Position numbers and translations under genes: made by a program | Shown here: one piece after another, positions 25,891-33,916 of the stretch | How the letters are laid out: every line of letters starts with the position of its first letter | Numbering within the stretch: position 1 is the first letter of the stretch | Notes under the pieces: generated by a model | What the model was told of the DNA's origin: nothing | What the model saw: only the letters and a program-made list of their open reading frames with translations | Databases searched by the model: none | Assembly (NCBI GenBank): GCA_040396875.1 | Contig: JBBAWZ010000003.1 | Coordinates: 1 to 49,893, forward strand | From: Bacilli bacterium | GTDB taxonomy: Bacteria > Bacillota_I > Bacilli_A > RFN20 > CAG-826 | Length of the DNA stretch: 49,893 nucleotides | Direction of reading: 5' to 3'

Positions 25891-27603
25891 ATGACTCAAA
25901 CCATCAAAACCCATCACGTAATCTTGATGACTTTATTGTTATCCTCTTGCGAATTTACCCTACCATCGATCATTATCAATTCCTCTAATATCAATTCCTC
26001 TATCACATCACCCTCATCAAGTGCATCTAATGTAGAACCCAATTCTTCTCAGGATATGCCTGTGGATTTTTCAACACCCCCAACGGTGCCTAACTTAAAT
26101 TTCCCTGCTGGAACTTGTGATGCTAATAGTCAACCTCGCATCAGCTTGAATACCGAAGAAGAGTTTGCGTTATTTTTTCATCCTACCACCCAAGTGATGA
26201 TTGATTTCCAAATGAGCAATGCCAATTTATTACTGATGAACGAATATGGAAACCGTACTGCTGACCATGATCGATACGTGAATGCTGCCATGCGAATCGA
26301 CGTGACACCAAAAGAAGCACAAGTGATAAGTTATTGTTATCCGGTGGTAGGTTTGCGAATGAAAGGCAACACCTCTAGAACGGATTTTATTGAAGAGAAT
26401 GGTGCTTTCACCAACTTCATGAATTTAAAGGTTTCATTTGCCACCGATGATCCGCTTGATGGACGAAATCCCAATCAACACTTTTTAGGGATGACAAGAA
26501 TGGATTTAAAATGGAATCGAAATTTTGATCATACGTATGTTCGCCAAATTTTCGCCCATAAGTTATACGCTGCATATTTACCCTATGCACAAGAAGCAAC
26601 CCTCGGTGGTGTTCGTTTTTTACAAACGGGTGTTTCAGAAGCATTTCAAGATAACTACTTAGGATTATTTACCATTACTGAACCGATGGATCGTCGATTT
26701 TTTGCAAGACGATTAGGTGATACCCCAGAAGCTGATGGTAATCTCTATAAGGTTTTGTATACGTCTACTGGTGCGGCGGATATGACAAAATTTAACGCGG
26801 TGAACAGTGATGGAACCAACCATTTTCGTACAGGCAATAAAATCGGTATCGAAGATAATGCTGCAAACTATCATCCAAGTTATGATTTAAAAACCAATAC
26901 GACACTTGCGAATTTTACCGATATTGTCAATTTAATTGGTGAACTTAATGCAAGCAATGATGTAAATAACCAAAGTTATCGCCAACGCGTTGAAGCGGTT
27001 ATTGATGTGCCAACTTTTTTATGGATGGAAGCGATTGCCTACTTTGTTGGTAATCCAGACGATTATCGAAATAATGCAAATAACCTTTATTTGTATTTTT
27101 TACCAAGTACTGGAAAAGCTTATCCCATTCCTTATGACCTTGATCGCGGTTTTGGTGGTAATGGAGATTGGGATCCAACGATTGATCCTTATCCTCAATA
27201 TGGACCAAGTATGACCAAAGCCACACCTTTTCAAGATGCACTATTAAAAGATTGGAATCAAGGTCGGTTAAATCCACTCCATCGATTAACCATTTATCAA
27301 GGAGCGTATGCTGGCTTTCAAAATCAATATCGTCAAAATCTTCAAACGATTTATCAAAGTGGTTGGTTAAATTCCACTAGTAATGGTGCCGGAAATTATG
27401 CTGGTTTATTTTACACATTACATCGACAATATCGTGACACTTATTATCCTCAATCAGGTCAATATCAATTCATACAACCAACAGCTCCTGCACTCCAAGA
27501 TGTCTTTGTCGTTTTCTCTTTAAACCAAAAAGTATTCAATAATGTAACCTTTCATGAATACATTTCTGCAAAAGTAAGCACTTACATTTTGGCAGTTTCA
27601 TAG
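25891..27603 (+). CDS. CotH-family (atypical kinase-like) putative lipoprotein
   Basis: N-terminal signal with lipobox LLSSC. Central and C-terminal blocks parallel Bacillus CotH (GLRMKGNTSR; YVRQIFAHKLYAA; LGLFTITEPMDRRF; NLYK; FLWMEAIAYFVGNPDDYRNNANNLYLYF...IPYDLDRGFG). The start could be GTG 25873 or ATG 25891. Confidence 0.65.
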   Translation: MTQTIKTHHVILMTLLLSSCEFTLPSIIINSSNINSSITSPSSSASNVEPNSSQDMPVDFSTPPTVPNLNFPAGTCDANSQPRISLNTEEEFALFFHPTTQVMIDFQMSNANLLLMNEYGNRTADHDRYVNAAMRIDVTPKEAQVISYCYPVVGLRMKGNTSRTDFIEENGAFTNFMNLKVSFATDDPLDGRNPNQHFLGMTRMDLKWNRNFDHTYVRQIFAHKLYAAYLPYAQEATLGGVRFLQTGVSEAFQDNYLGLFTITEPMDRRFFARRLGDTPEADGNLYKVLYTSTGAADMTKFNAVNSDGTNHFRTGNKIGIEDNAANYHPSYDLKTNTTLANFTDIVNLIGELNASNDVNNQSYRQRVEAVIDVPTFLWMEAIAYFVGNPDDYRNNANNLYLYFLPSTGKAYPIPYDLDRGFGGNGDWDPTIDPYPQYGPSMTKATPFQDALLKDWNQGRLNPLHRLTIYQGAYAGFQNQYRQNLQTIYQSGWLNSTSNGAGNYAGLFYTLHRQYRDTYYPQSGQYQFIQPTAPALQDVFVVFSLNQKVFNNVTFHEYISAKVSTYILAVS

Positions 27604-27617
27604 TAAAATACCCCTGT

Positions 27618-27704
27618 GCAGTCGTGGCGGAATTGGCAGACGCGCTAGATTCAGGGTCTAGTACCTTCACCGGTGTAGGAGTTCAACTCTCCTCGACTGC
27701 ACCA
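27618..27704 (+). tRNA. tRNA-Leu (anticodon CAG)
   Basis: 87 nt with a long variable arm. Acceptor GCAGTCG/CGACTGC, anticodon stem CTAGA/TCTAG, loop TTCAGGG, encoded CCA. Confidence 0.85.
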
Positions 27705-27739
27705 ATTGTTTCAACTAACCTTTATTTTTAATTCTAGAG

Positions 27740-27748
27740 TGCTATAAT
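27740..27748 (+). promoter_or_regulatory. Extended -10 promoter element upstream of the nqr-like operon
   Basis: TGcTATAAT lies 38 nt upstream of ATG 27786. SD AAAGGAG precedes the start. Confidence 0.5.
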
Positions 27749-27785
27749 CTTTTTTGGTAAATTTCTTAGACAAAAAGGAGAAATT

Positions 27786-28745
27786 ATGGACGCAAAAACA
27801 TTACCAAAAAAGACGCCAGCCGAATCAGTTAATGTATTTCTTAAAAGAAGTTTTTCTCACAAAGATTTAAATGTGCTTGGTATAGGATTATTGGTGCTGC
27901 TTGTTTACAGTATCATCATTAATGGGCTAAATCCTATTCTCATTTATTTATTTGCAATCTTAGGTGCACTCCCCTTTGAACTTGGCTTTGCGAAGTTAAG
28001 AAAACGGGTGGTGGATTTAGCTTGGTGGTTTACACCTTTACTCTTTACAATGTTAGTTCCCCCGGCACTTTCACCATTATGGATGGCGAGTGTTGGTGGT
28101 GCAGTTGCCACATTCTATGGCAAGTTGGTGTTTGGTGGTCATGGAAAATATCCCTTTGTCCCTGCGGCGGTTGGGATGGTATTTCTCAACGTTTCATTCT
28201 CCGCTTATGTCGCTGTAGCTGGCAATACGGCTGCAGATTTAAAGTCATTAGCAGATGGTTTTAGTTTTGATTGGTTTTCATTACTCGTAGGACCTACTCC
28301 AGGTTTTATCGGCGATCCTTTCCGAGCAGGTATTTTAATTTTAGCAATTGTTTTTGCATTCTTAAAAGTGATTGACTTGAGAATCACCCTTAGTTATTTA
28401 CTTGGCGTTGTCGGTTTTGTAGCGCTTTTTTGGTGGCTTGAATCGATGAATCCCACCTTATTTGCAGCAACCGCTAAATTTCCTGAACCAACCTATGTAG
28501 CGTTAGTTGGCACGGTGGTTTTTGCTTCTGTCTTTTTACTCACAGATAAAACCACAGCACCTCGAAACGGATTAGCAAAAGTGGTTTATGGTTTATTAGC
28601 GGGTCTCATTACTGTTATCATTCGCTATTTCACAGCATCCGTTGAAGGTGTGGTTTACGCCGTATTGTTGGCCAACGCTTTCTCACCACTCATTGATGCT
28701 TGGGTCAGCAAAAAACCCATTCCATTAACTTTAGGAGGAAAGTAA
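27786..28745 (+). CDS. NqrB/RnfD-family membrane subunit (short form)
   Basis: Polytopic, with RnfD/NqrB-like blocks (GGHGKYPFVPAAVGMVF; GFIGDPFRAGILILA; FLLTDKTTAPRNGLAKVVYG; VEGVVYAVLLANAFSPLID). I could not find an S/T-G-A-T/S flavinylation motif. Confidence 0.7.
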   Translation: MDAKTLPKKTPAESVNVFLKRSFSHKDLNVLGIGLLVLLVYSIIINGLNPILIYLFAILGALPFELGFAKLRKRVVDLAWWFTPLLFTMLVPPALSPLWMASVGGAVATFYGKLVFGGHGKYPFVPAAVGMVFLNVSFSAYVAVAGNTAADLKSLADGFSFDWFSLLVGPTPGFIGDPFRAGILILAIVFAFLKVIDLRITLSYLLGVVGFVALFWWLESMNPTLFAATAKFPEPTYVALVGTVVFASVFLLTDKTTAPRNGLAKVVYGLLAGLITVIIRYFTASVEGVVYAVLLANAFSPLIDAWVSKKPIPLTLGGK

Positions 28746-28748
28746 AGC

Positions 28749-29366
28749 ATGAATAAAACTTATCAAAAAATGCTCGTATTTGTCCTAATCATGGGGACGA
28801 CTGCAGGTGGCTTACTTGTTGGTGCAGATTTACTAACACGTAGCCAAATTCAACAAAATCAAGTCAATCTAAAGCAAAGAACCATTTTGCAATCTCACGA
28901 TTATGATTTATCCTCCGTCACAGATTTAGCAACCTATTACGCGGATAAAATTGAAGTCCTTGAAAACCTTGCTGAATATAAAGATGAGCCCATTTTTATT
29001 TATCGAGATCGGGAAAGTGATGACATTACAATTGCTTTTGATAAGAGATTTGGTGCTGGTGTTTGGGGGCCGATTGTAGGTTATCTCACCTTAGAAAGTG
29101 ATTTAGTTACGATTAAATCGGTTGCGATTATCTCTCAAAAAGAAACCCCAGGATTAGGTGCCAAGGTGACCACGCCTGTCTTTCTTAATTCTTTAGTTGG
29201 CAAATTAATGGAACCGGCACTAGTGATCGATAAAGTTCAAGGCGATACCATAGAAGATTTAAATTATGTGACCTCAATTGTTGGGGCAACACGCACTTCC
29301 GTTGCCTTTCAAAACCTACTTAACTCAACTTTTGCATTTCATCAACCCCTATTGGAGGCTTTATAA
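28749..29366 (+). CDS. NqrC/RnfG-family FMN-binding subunit
   Basis: Single N-terminal TM segment, FMN_bind-like domain (ETPGLGAKV), and a candidate flavinylation site VGATRTS. Confidence 0.7.
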   Translation: MNKTYQKMLVFVLIMGTTAGGLLVGADLLTRSQIQQNQVNLKQRTILQSHDYDLSSVTDLATYYADKIEVLENLAEYKDEPIFIYRDRESDDITIAFDKRFGAGVWGPIVGYLTLESDLVTIKSVAIISQKETPGLGAKVTTPVFLNSLVGKLMEPALVIDKVQGDTIEDLNYVTSIVGATRTSVAFQNLLNSTFAFHQPLLEAL

Positions 29367-29369
29367 TTT

Positions 29370-29996
29370 ATGAAAAAATTCCTTATCCGCCTAAATTATA
29401 AGAAGTGGTTTAATGTTTTAAGAGATGGGATTGCTCGAAACAACCCAATCGTCGTGACCGTTCTTGGCATTTGCTCAAGTTTGGCAGTGGCCAACATGGT
29501 GGAAAATGCCATCGCGATGGGTATCGGGGTGACCTTAGTTACCATGTTATCGTCTGCGTTTATTGCCTTAATTCGAAACTTAATTCCTTCTCAAGTTCGA
29601 ATGGTGACGTACATGGTGGTTATTTCCACCTTCACAATTGTCTTTGAAATGTTTTTAAAAGCTTTAACCCCTGACATTGCAGAACGCTTAGGTGCATATG
29701 TTGGATTAATTATCACCAACTGTATCGTTATGGGTCGTGCAGAAGCTTTTGCTGTTAAGAATCCTGTTCGTTATTCCACGATTGATGCTTTCGCTAGCGG
29801 CATGGGTTATACCTTCGTTTTAATCGTCATGTCCTTGATTCGTGAATTGCTTTCAAATGGTTCAATCCTAAATATTCAACTTTTAGGAACTGATTGGATT
29901 AACTGGACGATTTTTGCAATCGCTCCGGGTGGTTTCTTTGTTATCTCATTGTTTATTTGGGGTTTACGCGTTTGGTTGAAGTATTACGAAGAATAA
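29370..29996 (+). CDS. nqrD: NqrD/RnfE-family membrane subunit
   Basis: NNPIVVTVLGICSSLAV and LIITNCIVMGRAEAFA, with both conserved Cys present; 208 aa. Confidence 0.8.
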   Translation: MKKFLIRLNYKKWFNVLRDGIARNNPIVVTVLGICSSLAVANMVENAIAMGIGVTLVTMLSSAFIALIRNLIPSQVRMVTYMVVISTFTIVFEMFLKALTPDIAERLGAYVGLIITNCIVMGRAEAFAVKNPVRYSTIDAFASGMGYTFVLIVMSLIRELLSNGSILNIQLLGTDWINWTIFAIAPGGFFVISLFIWGLRVWLKYYEE

Positions 29997-30011
29997 AGGG
30001 AGAATAACAAC

Positions 30012-30614
30012 ATGGTTAGCATTACAGTTTTAATTGAAATCTTCATCGCTTCCTTACTACCATTTAACATTGCCCTTGCATCCATTTTAGGTATGTGCCC
30101 GTTGATCGCCATTTCTACCAATGTCAGTAACGCCAAAGGCATGGGATTAGCTGTAGTCTTAGTCACAACGCTTACTGCAGCCATCAACTGGCCAATTTAT
30201 GAATTTTTAAAGTGGAGCGGAACTGATACATTAGATTTATTGGTCTTTATGATTACCATTGCTGCTTCTGTTCAATTTTTAGAATTAGCTATGCAAAAAT
30301 TCTTACCTGCTCTTTATAATGCCTTTGGAATTTATTTACCGTTGATAACTGTCAACTGTATCGTTCTTGCGGTTAGCTTGTTCTTTGTGAACTATGATTA
30401 TGGATTCTTAGAAACCGTTGTATTTGCCTTAGGTTCTTCCTTAGGTTGGGCCTTTGCAATTGTCTTACTCTCCGGCATTAGAGAGAAATTATCCGTGATT
30501 GCCGATTTACCTCGTGGTCTTAAGGGTAAAGCAATTGCCTTCGTTTTATTGGGCATCCTTGCTTTAGCTTTTATCGGATTTGCTGGGATTTCTCGCGTTG
30601 ATCCAATCCAATAA
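30012..30614 (+). CDS. nqrE: NqrE/RnfA-family membrane subunit
   Basis: LGMCPLIAIS, YLPLITVNCIVLAV and GLREKL-like SGIREKL, with both conserved Cys present; 200 aa. Confidence 0.8.
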   Translation: MVSITVLIEIFIASLLPFNIALASILGMCPLIAISTNVSNAKGMGLAVVLVTTLTAAINWPIYEFLKWSGTDTLDLLVFMITIAASVQFLELAMQKFLPALYNAFGIYLPLITVNCIVLAVSLFFVNYDYGFLETVVFALGSSLGWAFAIVLLSGIREKLSVIADLPRGLKGKAIAFVLLGILALAFIGFAGISRVDPIQ

Positions 30615-30629
30615 AAAAGGAGATCTATC

Positions 30630-31715
30630 ATGGAATATATTTTATTACCTGCCGTTTTGCTAGGTATTATGCTTGCCATTACTGGCTTAATTATCCTCGC
30701 GGATAAAGCCTTAGGTAGTGGTGGCTTAAAGAAGATTGTCATTAATGGAACCAAAGAAATTGAAGTAACTTCTGATGACACTTTACTGAATATTCTTTCA
30801 CAAAACAAAATCTTCTTATCATCAGCATGTGGTGGTAAAGCGACATGTGGATTATGCAAATGCCAAGTTATTGAAGGTGGCGGTGACATCAAACCCACTG
30901 AATTACCATTATTGTCTGCCAAAGATAAAGAAAATAACGTGCGTTTAACGTGCCAAGTTAAACCAACATCCTTAACCAAAATCACGATTCCAGAAGGTCT
31001 ATTAACTGCGAAGGAATTCAAAACTAAATTAGTAAAGATGGTTGATTTAACCTATGACATTAAATTATTGGATTTTAAATTAATTAGTCCTAATAAGATG
31101 CCATTTAAACCAGGTCAATTCGCTCAAATCAAGGTACCTGGAATTGATATTGTTCGTGCTTATTCGATTGCCTCTAATGCTTCGGATCCTTCACATATTG
31201 AAATGATTGTGCGTTATGTTCCTAAAGGTCAAGCTACGACATATGTTTTCCAAGCACTCAAAGTTGGAGATATGGTAACTTTATCTGGACCTTATGGTAA
31301 CTTTTACCTTCAAGAACAATCCAAGCGTGATATCGTTTGTATCGCAGGCGGTTCTGGTAAAGCTCCCATTCGCTCGATCCTTGCTCGCTTAAAAGAACAA
31401 GGTATGACTCGTAAAGTTCGTTATTTCTTCGGTGCCAAAGCAGTTCGTGATCTCTACTACACAGAAGAAATGAAACAATTACAAAAAGAATTTCCGAATT
31501 TTGAATATATCCCCGCCTTATCGAACCCCTTACCAGAAGACAAATGGAGTGGTGCTACTGGTTTAATCACCGATGTTTTAGATCGAATGACAGGTGATTT
31601 ATCTGAATCCGAAGCTTACCTTTGTGGTTCGCCCGGTATGATTGATGCTTGTATTAAAGTCTTAAATAAACATCAAATCAAATCGGCAAACGTCTTCTAC
31701 GATAAGTTTGCTTAA
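30630..31715 (+). CDS. nqrF: NqrF-type NADH-oxidising subunit (TM anchor, 2Fe-2S ferredoxin, FAD/NAD domains)
   Basis: N-terminal TM segment, Cys ligands CGGKATCGLCKC...LTCQV, FAD motif RAYSIAS, NAD(H) motif AGGSGKAPIRS, and the C-terminal ending YDKFA. Confidence 0.85.
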   Translation: MEYILLPAVLLGIMLAITGLIILADKALGSGGLKKIVINGTKEIEVTSDDTLLNILSQNKIFLSSACGGKATCGLCKCQVIEGGGDIKPTELPLLSAKDKENNVRLTCQVKPTSLTKITIPEGLLTAKEFKTKLVKMVDLTYDIKLLDFKLISPNKMPFKPGQFAQIKVPGIDIVRAYSIASNASDPSHIEMIVRYVPKGQATTYVFQALKVGDMVTLSGPYGNFYLQEQSKRDIVCIAGGSGKAPIRSILARLKEQGMTRKVRYFFGAKAVRDLYYTEEMKQLQKEFPNFEYIPALSNPLPEDKWSGATGLITDVLDRMTGDLSESEAYLCGSPGMIDACIKVLNKHQIKSANVFYDKFA

Positions 31716-31726
31716 GTTTAATCATG

Positions 31727-31758
31727 AAAAAACCTCGGACAGAATGCCGAGGTTTTTT
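31727..31758. terminator. Bidirectional terminator (nqrF / GNAT)
   Basis: AAAAAACCTCGG-ACAGAATG-CCGAGGTTTTTT. Confidence 0.8.
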
Positions 31759-31766
31759 ATTTGCTT

Positions 31767-32090
31767 TTATCGTTTAACCCAAGTACAGGCTCCACCGGTT
31801 GGTTCACCTTCTTTAGGATCCCAAAGATGTTTGTACCGAGGGTGTTGCAAGACTTTGACTGCAAATGAGCATATAGGATATATATAACGTTTTTCTTGAG
31901 TTGCTAATTGAATGACTTGATCTAACAATTGATTGGCAATACCTTGGCCTCGATAAAGGGGGTTCACAAATGTATGCGTCACCACATAGCGTTTGTCTTG
32001 ATCGAGATGGAAAGTAATTTCCCCGATCATCTGCTGTTGATCATTAGCGATCCAAAAACGATTGGTTTCATGACGAATGTTGTAGTCCAT
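31767..32090 (-). CDS. Small GNAT-like N-acetyltransferase (YjdJ-type)
   Basis: 107 aa. The pattern HTFVNPLYRGQGIANQLLDQVIQLA...YIYPICSF is typical of the single-domain GNAT_2/YjdJ group. SD AGGAGG lies upstream. Confidence 0.65.
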   Translation of the reverse strand: MDYNIRHETNRFWIANDQQQMIGEITFHLDQDKRYVVTHTFVNPLYRGQGIANQLLDQVIQLATQEKRYIYPICSFAVKVLQHPRYKHLWDPKEGEPTGGACTWVKR

Positions 32091-32168
32091 TAGGTGGACC
32101 TCCTATGTTTTATTATAAGCACCTTGAGGATTGAGAAACATCTTTGGAGTGCGTATAATGACTTCGTT

Positions 32169-32255
32169 GCCTCCGTGGTGAAACTGGTAGACGCAATAGA
32201 CTCAAAATCTGTCGAGCGTGAGCTCATGTCGGTTCGAGTCCGACCGGAGGCACCA
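32169..32255 (+). tRNA. tRNA-Leu (anticodon CAA)
   Basis: 87 nt with a long variable arm. Acceptor GCCTCCG/CGGAGGC, anticodon loop CTCAAAA, T-loop TTCGAGT, encoded CCA. Confidence 0.85.
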
Positions 32256-32264
32256 TTCTTACTT

Positions 32265-32342
32265 GCGCTCGTAGCTCAGCTGGATCAGAGTACAACCCTC
32301 CGAAGGTTGGGGTCGCACGTTCGAATCGTGCCGGGCGCGCCA
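32265..32342 (+). tRNA. tRNA-Arg (anticodon CCG)
   Basis: Acceptor GCGCTCG/CGGGCGC, anticodon stem CAACC/GGTTG, loop CTCCGAA, T-loop TTCGAAT, encoded CCA. Confidence 0.85.
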
Positions 32343-32354
32343 ATCATCTTAAAA

Positions 32355-33713
32355 TTAATGAGTTTTAATAGGAATTACTAAAGTATGGGATGTCCACTTC
32401 TTAGTAATTAAACGATATGAAAAGAAAAGACATTTTACAGCTTCATCAATCGCGAGAGCAATAAAGATTCCTAAAATATCTAATGAAAAGACAAAGGTGA
32501 AAAGTAATGTTCCACCGATTGCAAAACTCAACAATGAAACAAAAGATACTTTTCCAACATACCAAGCATCACCCGTTACTTTTAACGATTCACCTATAAT
32601 TACATTCACTGCACGAATACCTTCAATAATTAAATTTATCCAAAGGATGGATTCAATCACGTGAATTAATTCAGTTAACTCCTCACCGTGAAGGTTTTCT
32701 GCAGTTGTAAATATTGAGATTATTTCATTTGGTATCAATAAAACAACACTCCCGAGTATCAATGTTGTAATGACACTAATGAAGCTTGCTTTCATAATTC
32801 GTTTTTCAGCTTTTTTGTAGCTTTTTCCACCGACATAAAAACCCGTTTTGATTGCAGTTGCATGAGCTAATGCCGCTGCTGGGATAAATGCAAATTTAGA
32901 AATATGCTCAACAGTTACCCTTGCAGAAATCTCGATACCAGAAGGATCTAAGATATTTAATACGGTAATGACTACTGACATTGCCCCTAAGAATACAAAA
33001 CTTTCAATTGCAGAAGGTAATCCGATATAAATTGAATCCTTCATGATTTGCTTTGGAGAAACCATAGATTCTCCAATCCCTTTTGGAAGATGGATATTAG
33101 CTAAAATAACTAAAACGACGGTAGACAAGAAATGAGCAATGAATGTTGCCCAAGCCACACCTAAAACGCCTAATTCAAGAATAAAGATTGCAACATAATT
33201 AAGACTAATATTCACAATATTGGCGACCAAATTGGCAATCATTGGTGATTTATCATGACCCAAAGCGCGCATGTAATTTGCTAGGATTGGATTTATCGCA
33301 ACAAATATCGATGCCCCACCAACAATCAAACCGTACTCGATTGCAAGATTTGCAATTGCTACATCTTCGATAATGAGATTCATCACATAAGGATAAAAAG
33401 CAAAGATCAGTGCGGTAACGCCGACAGCAATAAATAGATTATATTTAATTGTGGTAATTGCAGCTTTTCGAGTAAGTTCGACTTCTTTTGCACCTGCATA
33501 CTGCGTAAAGATAGCGAGTGTTCCATTTGATAAAATGATAAAGGCAACATTAATAAAGTTTAAGTACGTGATCGAAGTCCCAACCGCAGCGACAGCTTGA
33601 GGACTGACCGCATATAACATTAATGTATCAGAAATAGACACCAAAACAGAGAATAAGATCTCAATGAATAAGGGCCAAAAGATACTTGAAAAACGATGGT
33701 GATGAAGTTCCAT
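32355..33713 (-). CDS. MATE-family efflux transporter
   Basis: 452 aa with about 12 TM segments and a two-fold internal repeat architecture. General MATE/NorM-like composition. No SD upstream of the ATG. Confidence 0.7.
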   Translation of the reverse strand: MELHHHRFSSIFWPLFIEILFSVLVSISDTLMLYAVSPQAVAAVGTSITYLNFINVAFIILSNGTLAIFTQYAGAKEVELTRKAAITTIKYNLFIAVGVTALIFAFYPYVMNLIIEDVAIANLAIEYGLIVGGASIFVAINPILANYMRALGHDKSPMIANLVANIVNISLNYVAIFILELGVLGVAWATFIAHFLSTVVLVILANIHLPKGIGESMVSPKQIMKDSIYIGLPSAIESFVFLGAMSVVITVLNILDPSGIEISARVTVEHISKFAFIPAAALAHATAIKTGFYVGGKSYKKAEKRIMKASFISVITTLILGSVVLLIPNEIISIFTTAENLHGEELTELIHVIESILWINLIIEGIRAVNVIIGESLKVTGDAWYVGKVSFVSLLSFAIGGTLLFTFVFSLDILGIFIALAIDEAVKCLFFSYRLITKKWTSHTLVIPIKTH

Positions 33714-33730
33714 ATTTCAAAACTTAAATT

Positions 33731-33758
33731 ATTATACGCTTTTTGAAAACAATGACAA
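33731..33758 (-). promoter_or_regulatory. Candidate promoter for the MATE gene
   Basis: Minus strand: TTGTCA (33758-33753), a 16-nt spacer, then TATAAT (33736-33731). This predicts a 5' UTR of about 11 nt without an SD. Confidence 0.5.
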
Positions 33759-33775
33759 TCCATCAAGGTTAAAAC

Positions 33776-33804
33776 TTGAAATCATTTCAAAACTTGTATA
33801 TGAT
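33776..33804 (+). promoter_or_regulatory. Candidate promoter for tRNA-Thr/tRNA-Val
   Basis: TTGAAA (33776-33781), a 17-nt spacer, then TATGAT (33799-33804). The -35 is embedded in the palindrome TTGAAATcATTTCAA. Confidence 0.55.
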
Positions 33805-33832
33805 AAATGGGCGCTTGCATAGGAATGACTGC

Positions 33833-33908
33833 GCCGACGTAGCTCAATTGGCAGAGCAACTGAATCGTAATCAGTAGGTTGTAGGTTCGATTCCTATCGT
33901 CGGCACCA
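33833..33908 (+). tRNA. tRNA-Thr (anticodon CGT)
   Basis: Acceptor GCCGACG/CGTCGGC, anticodon stem ACTGA/TCAGT, loop ATCGTAA, encoded CCA. Confidence 0.85.
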
Positions 33909-33916
33909 GCACTTAT

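Noticed and set aside
30398-31021. 207-aa minus-strand ORF
   Set aside because: It lies antisense to the well-supported nqrE-like and nqrF genes, and its sequence is low-complexity. This is typical shadow-ORF behaviour. The same reasoning applies to 5554-5961(-), 45556-46008(-), 8408-8758(-), 10452-10787(-), 16213-16572(-), 21085-21420(-), 21859-22176(-) and the other short antisense or alternate-frame ORFs in the track.
32094-32381. 95-aa plus-strand ORF from the supplied track
   Set aside because: It is almost entirely composed of the tRNA-Leu(CAA) and tRNA-Arg(CCG) genes (32169-32342). Its translation reflects tRNA sequence, not a protein.
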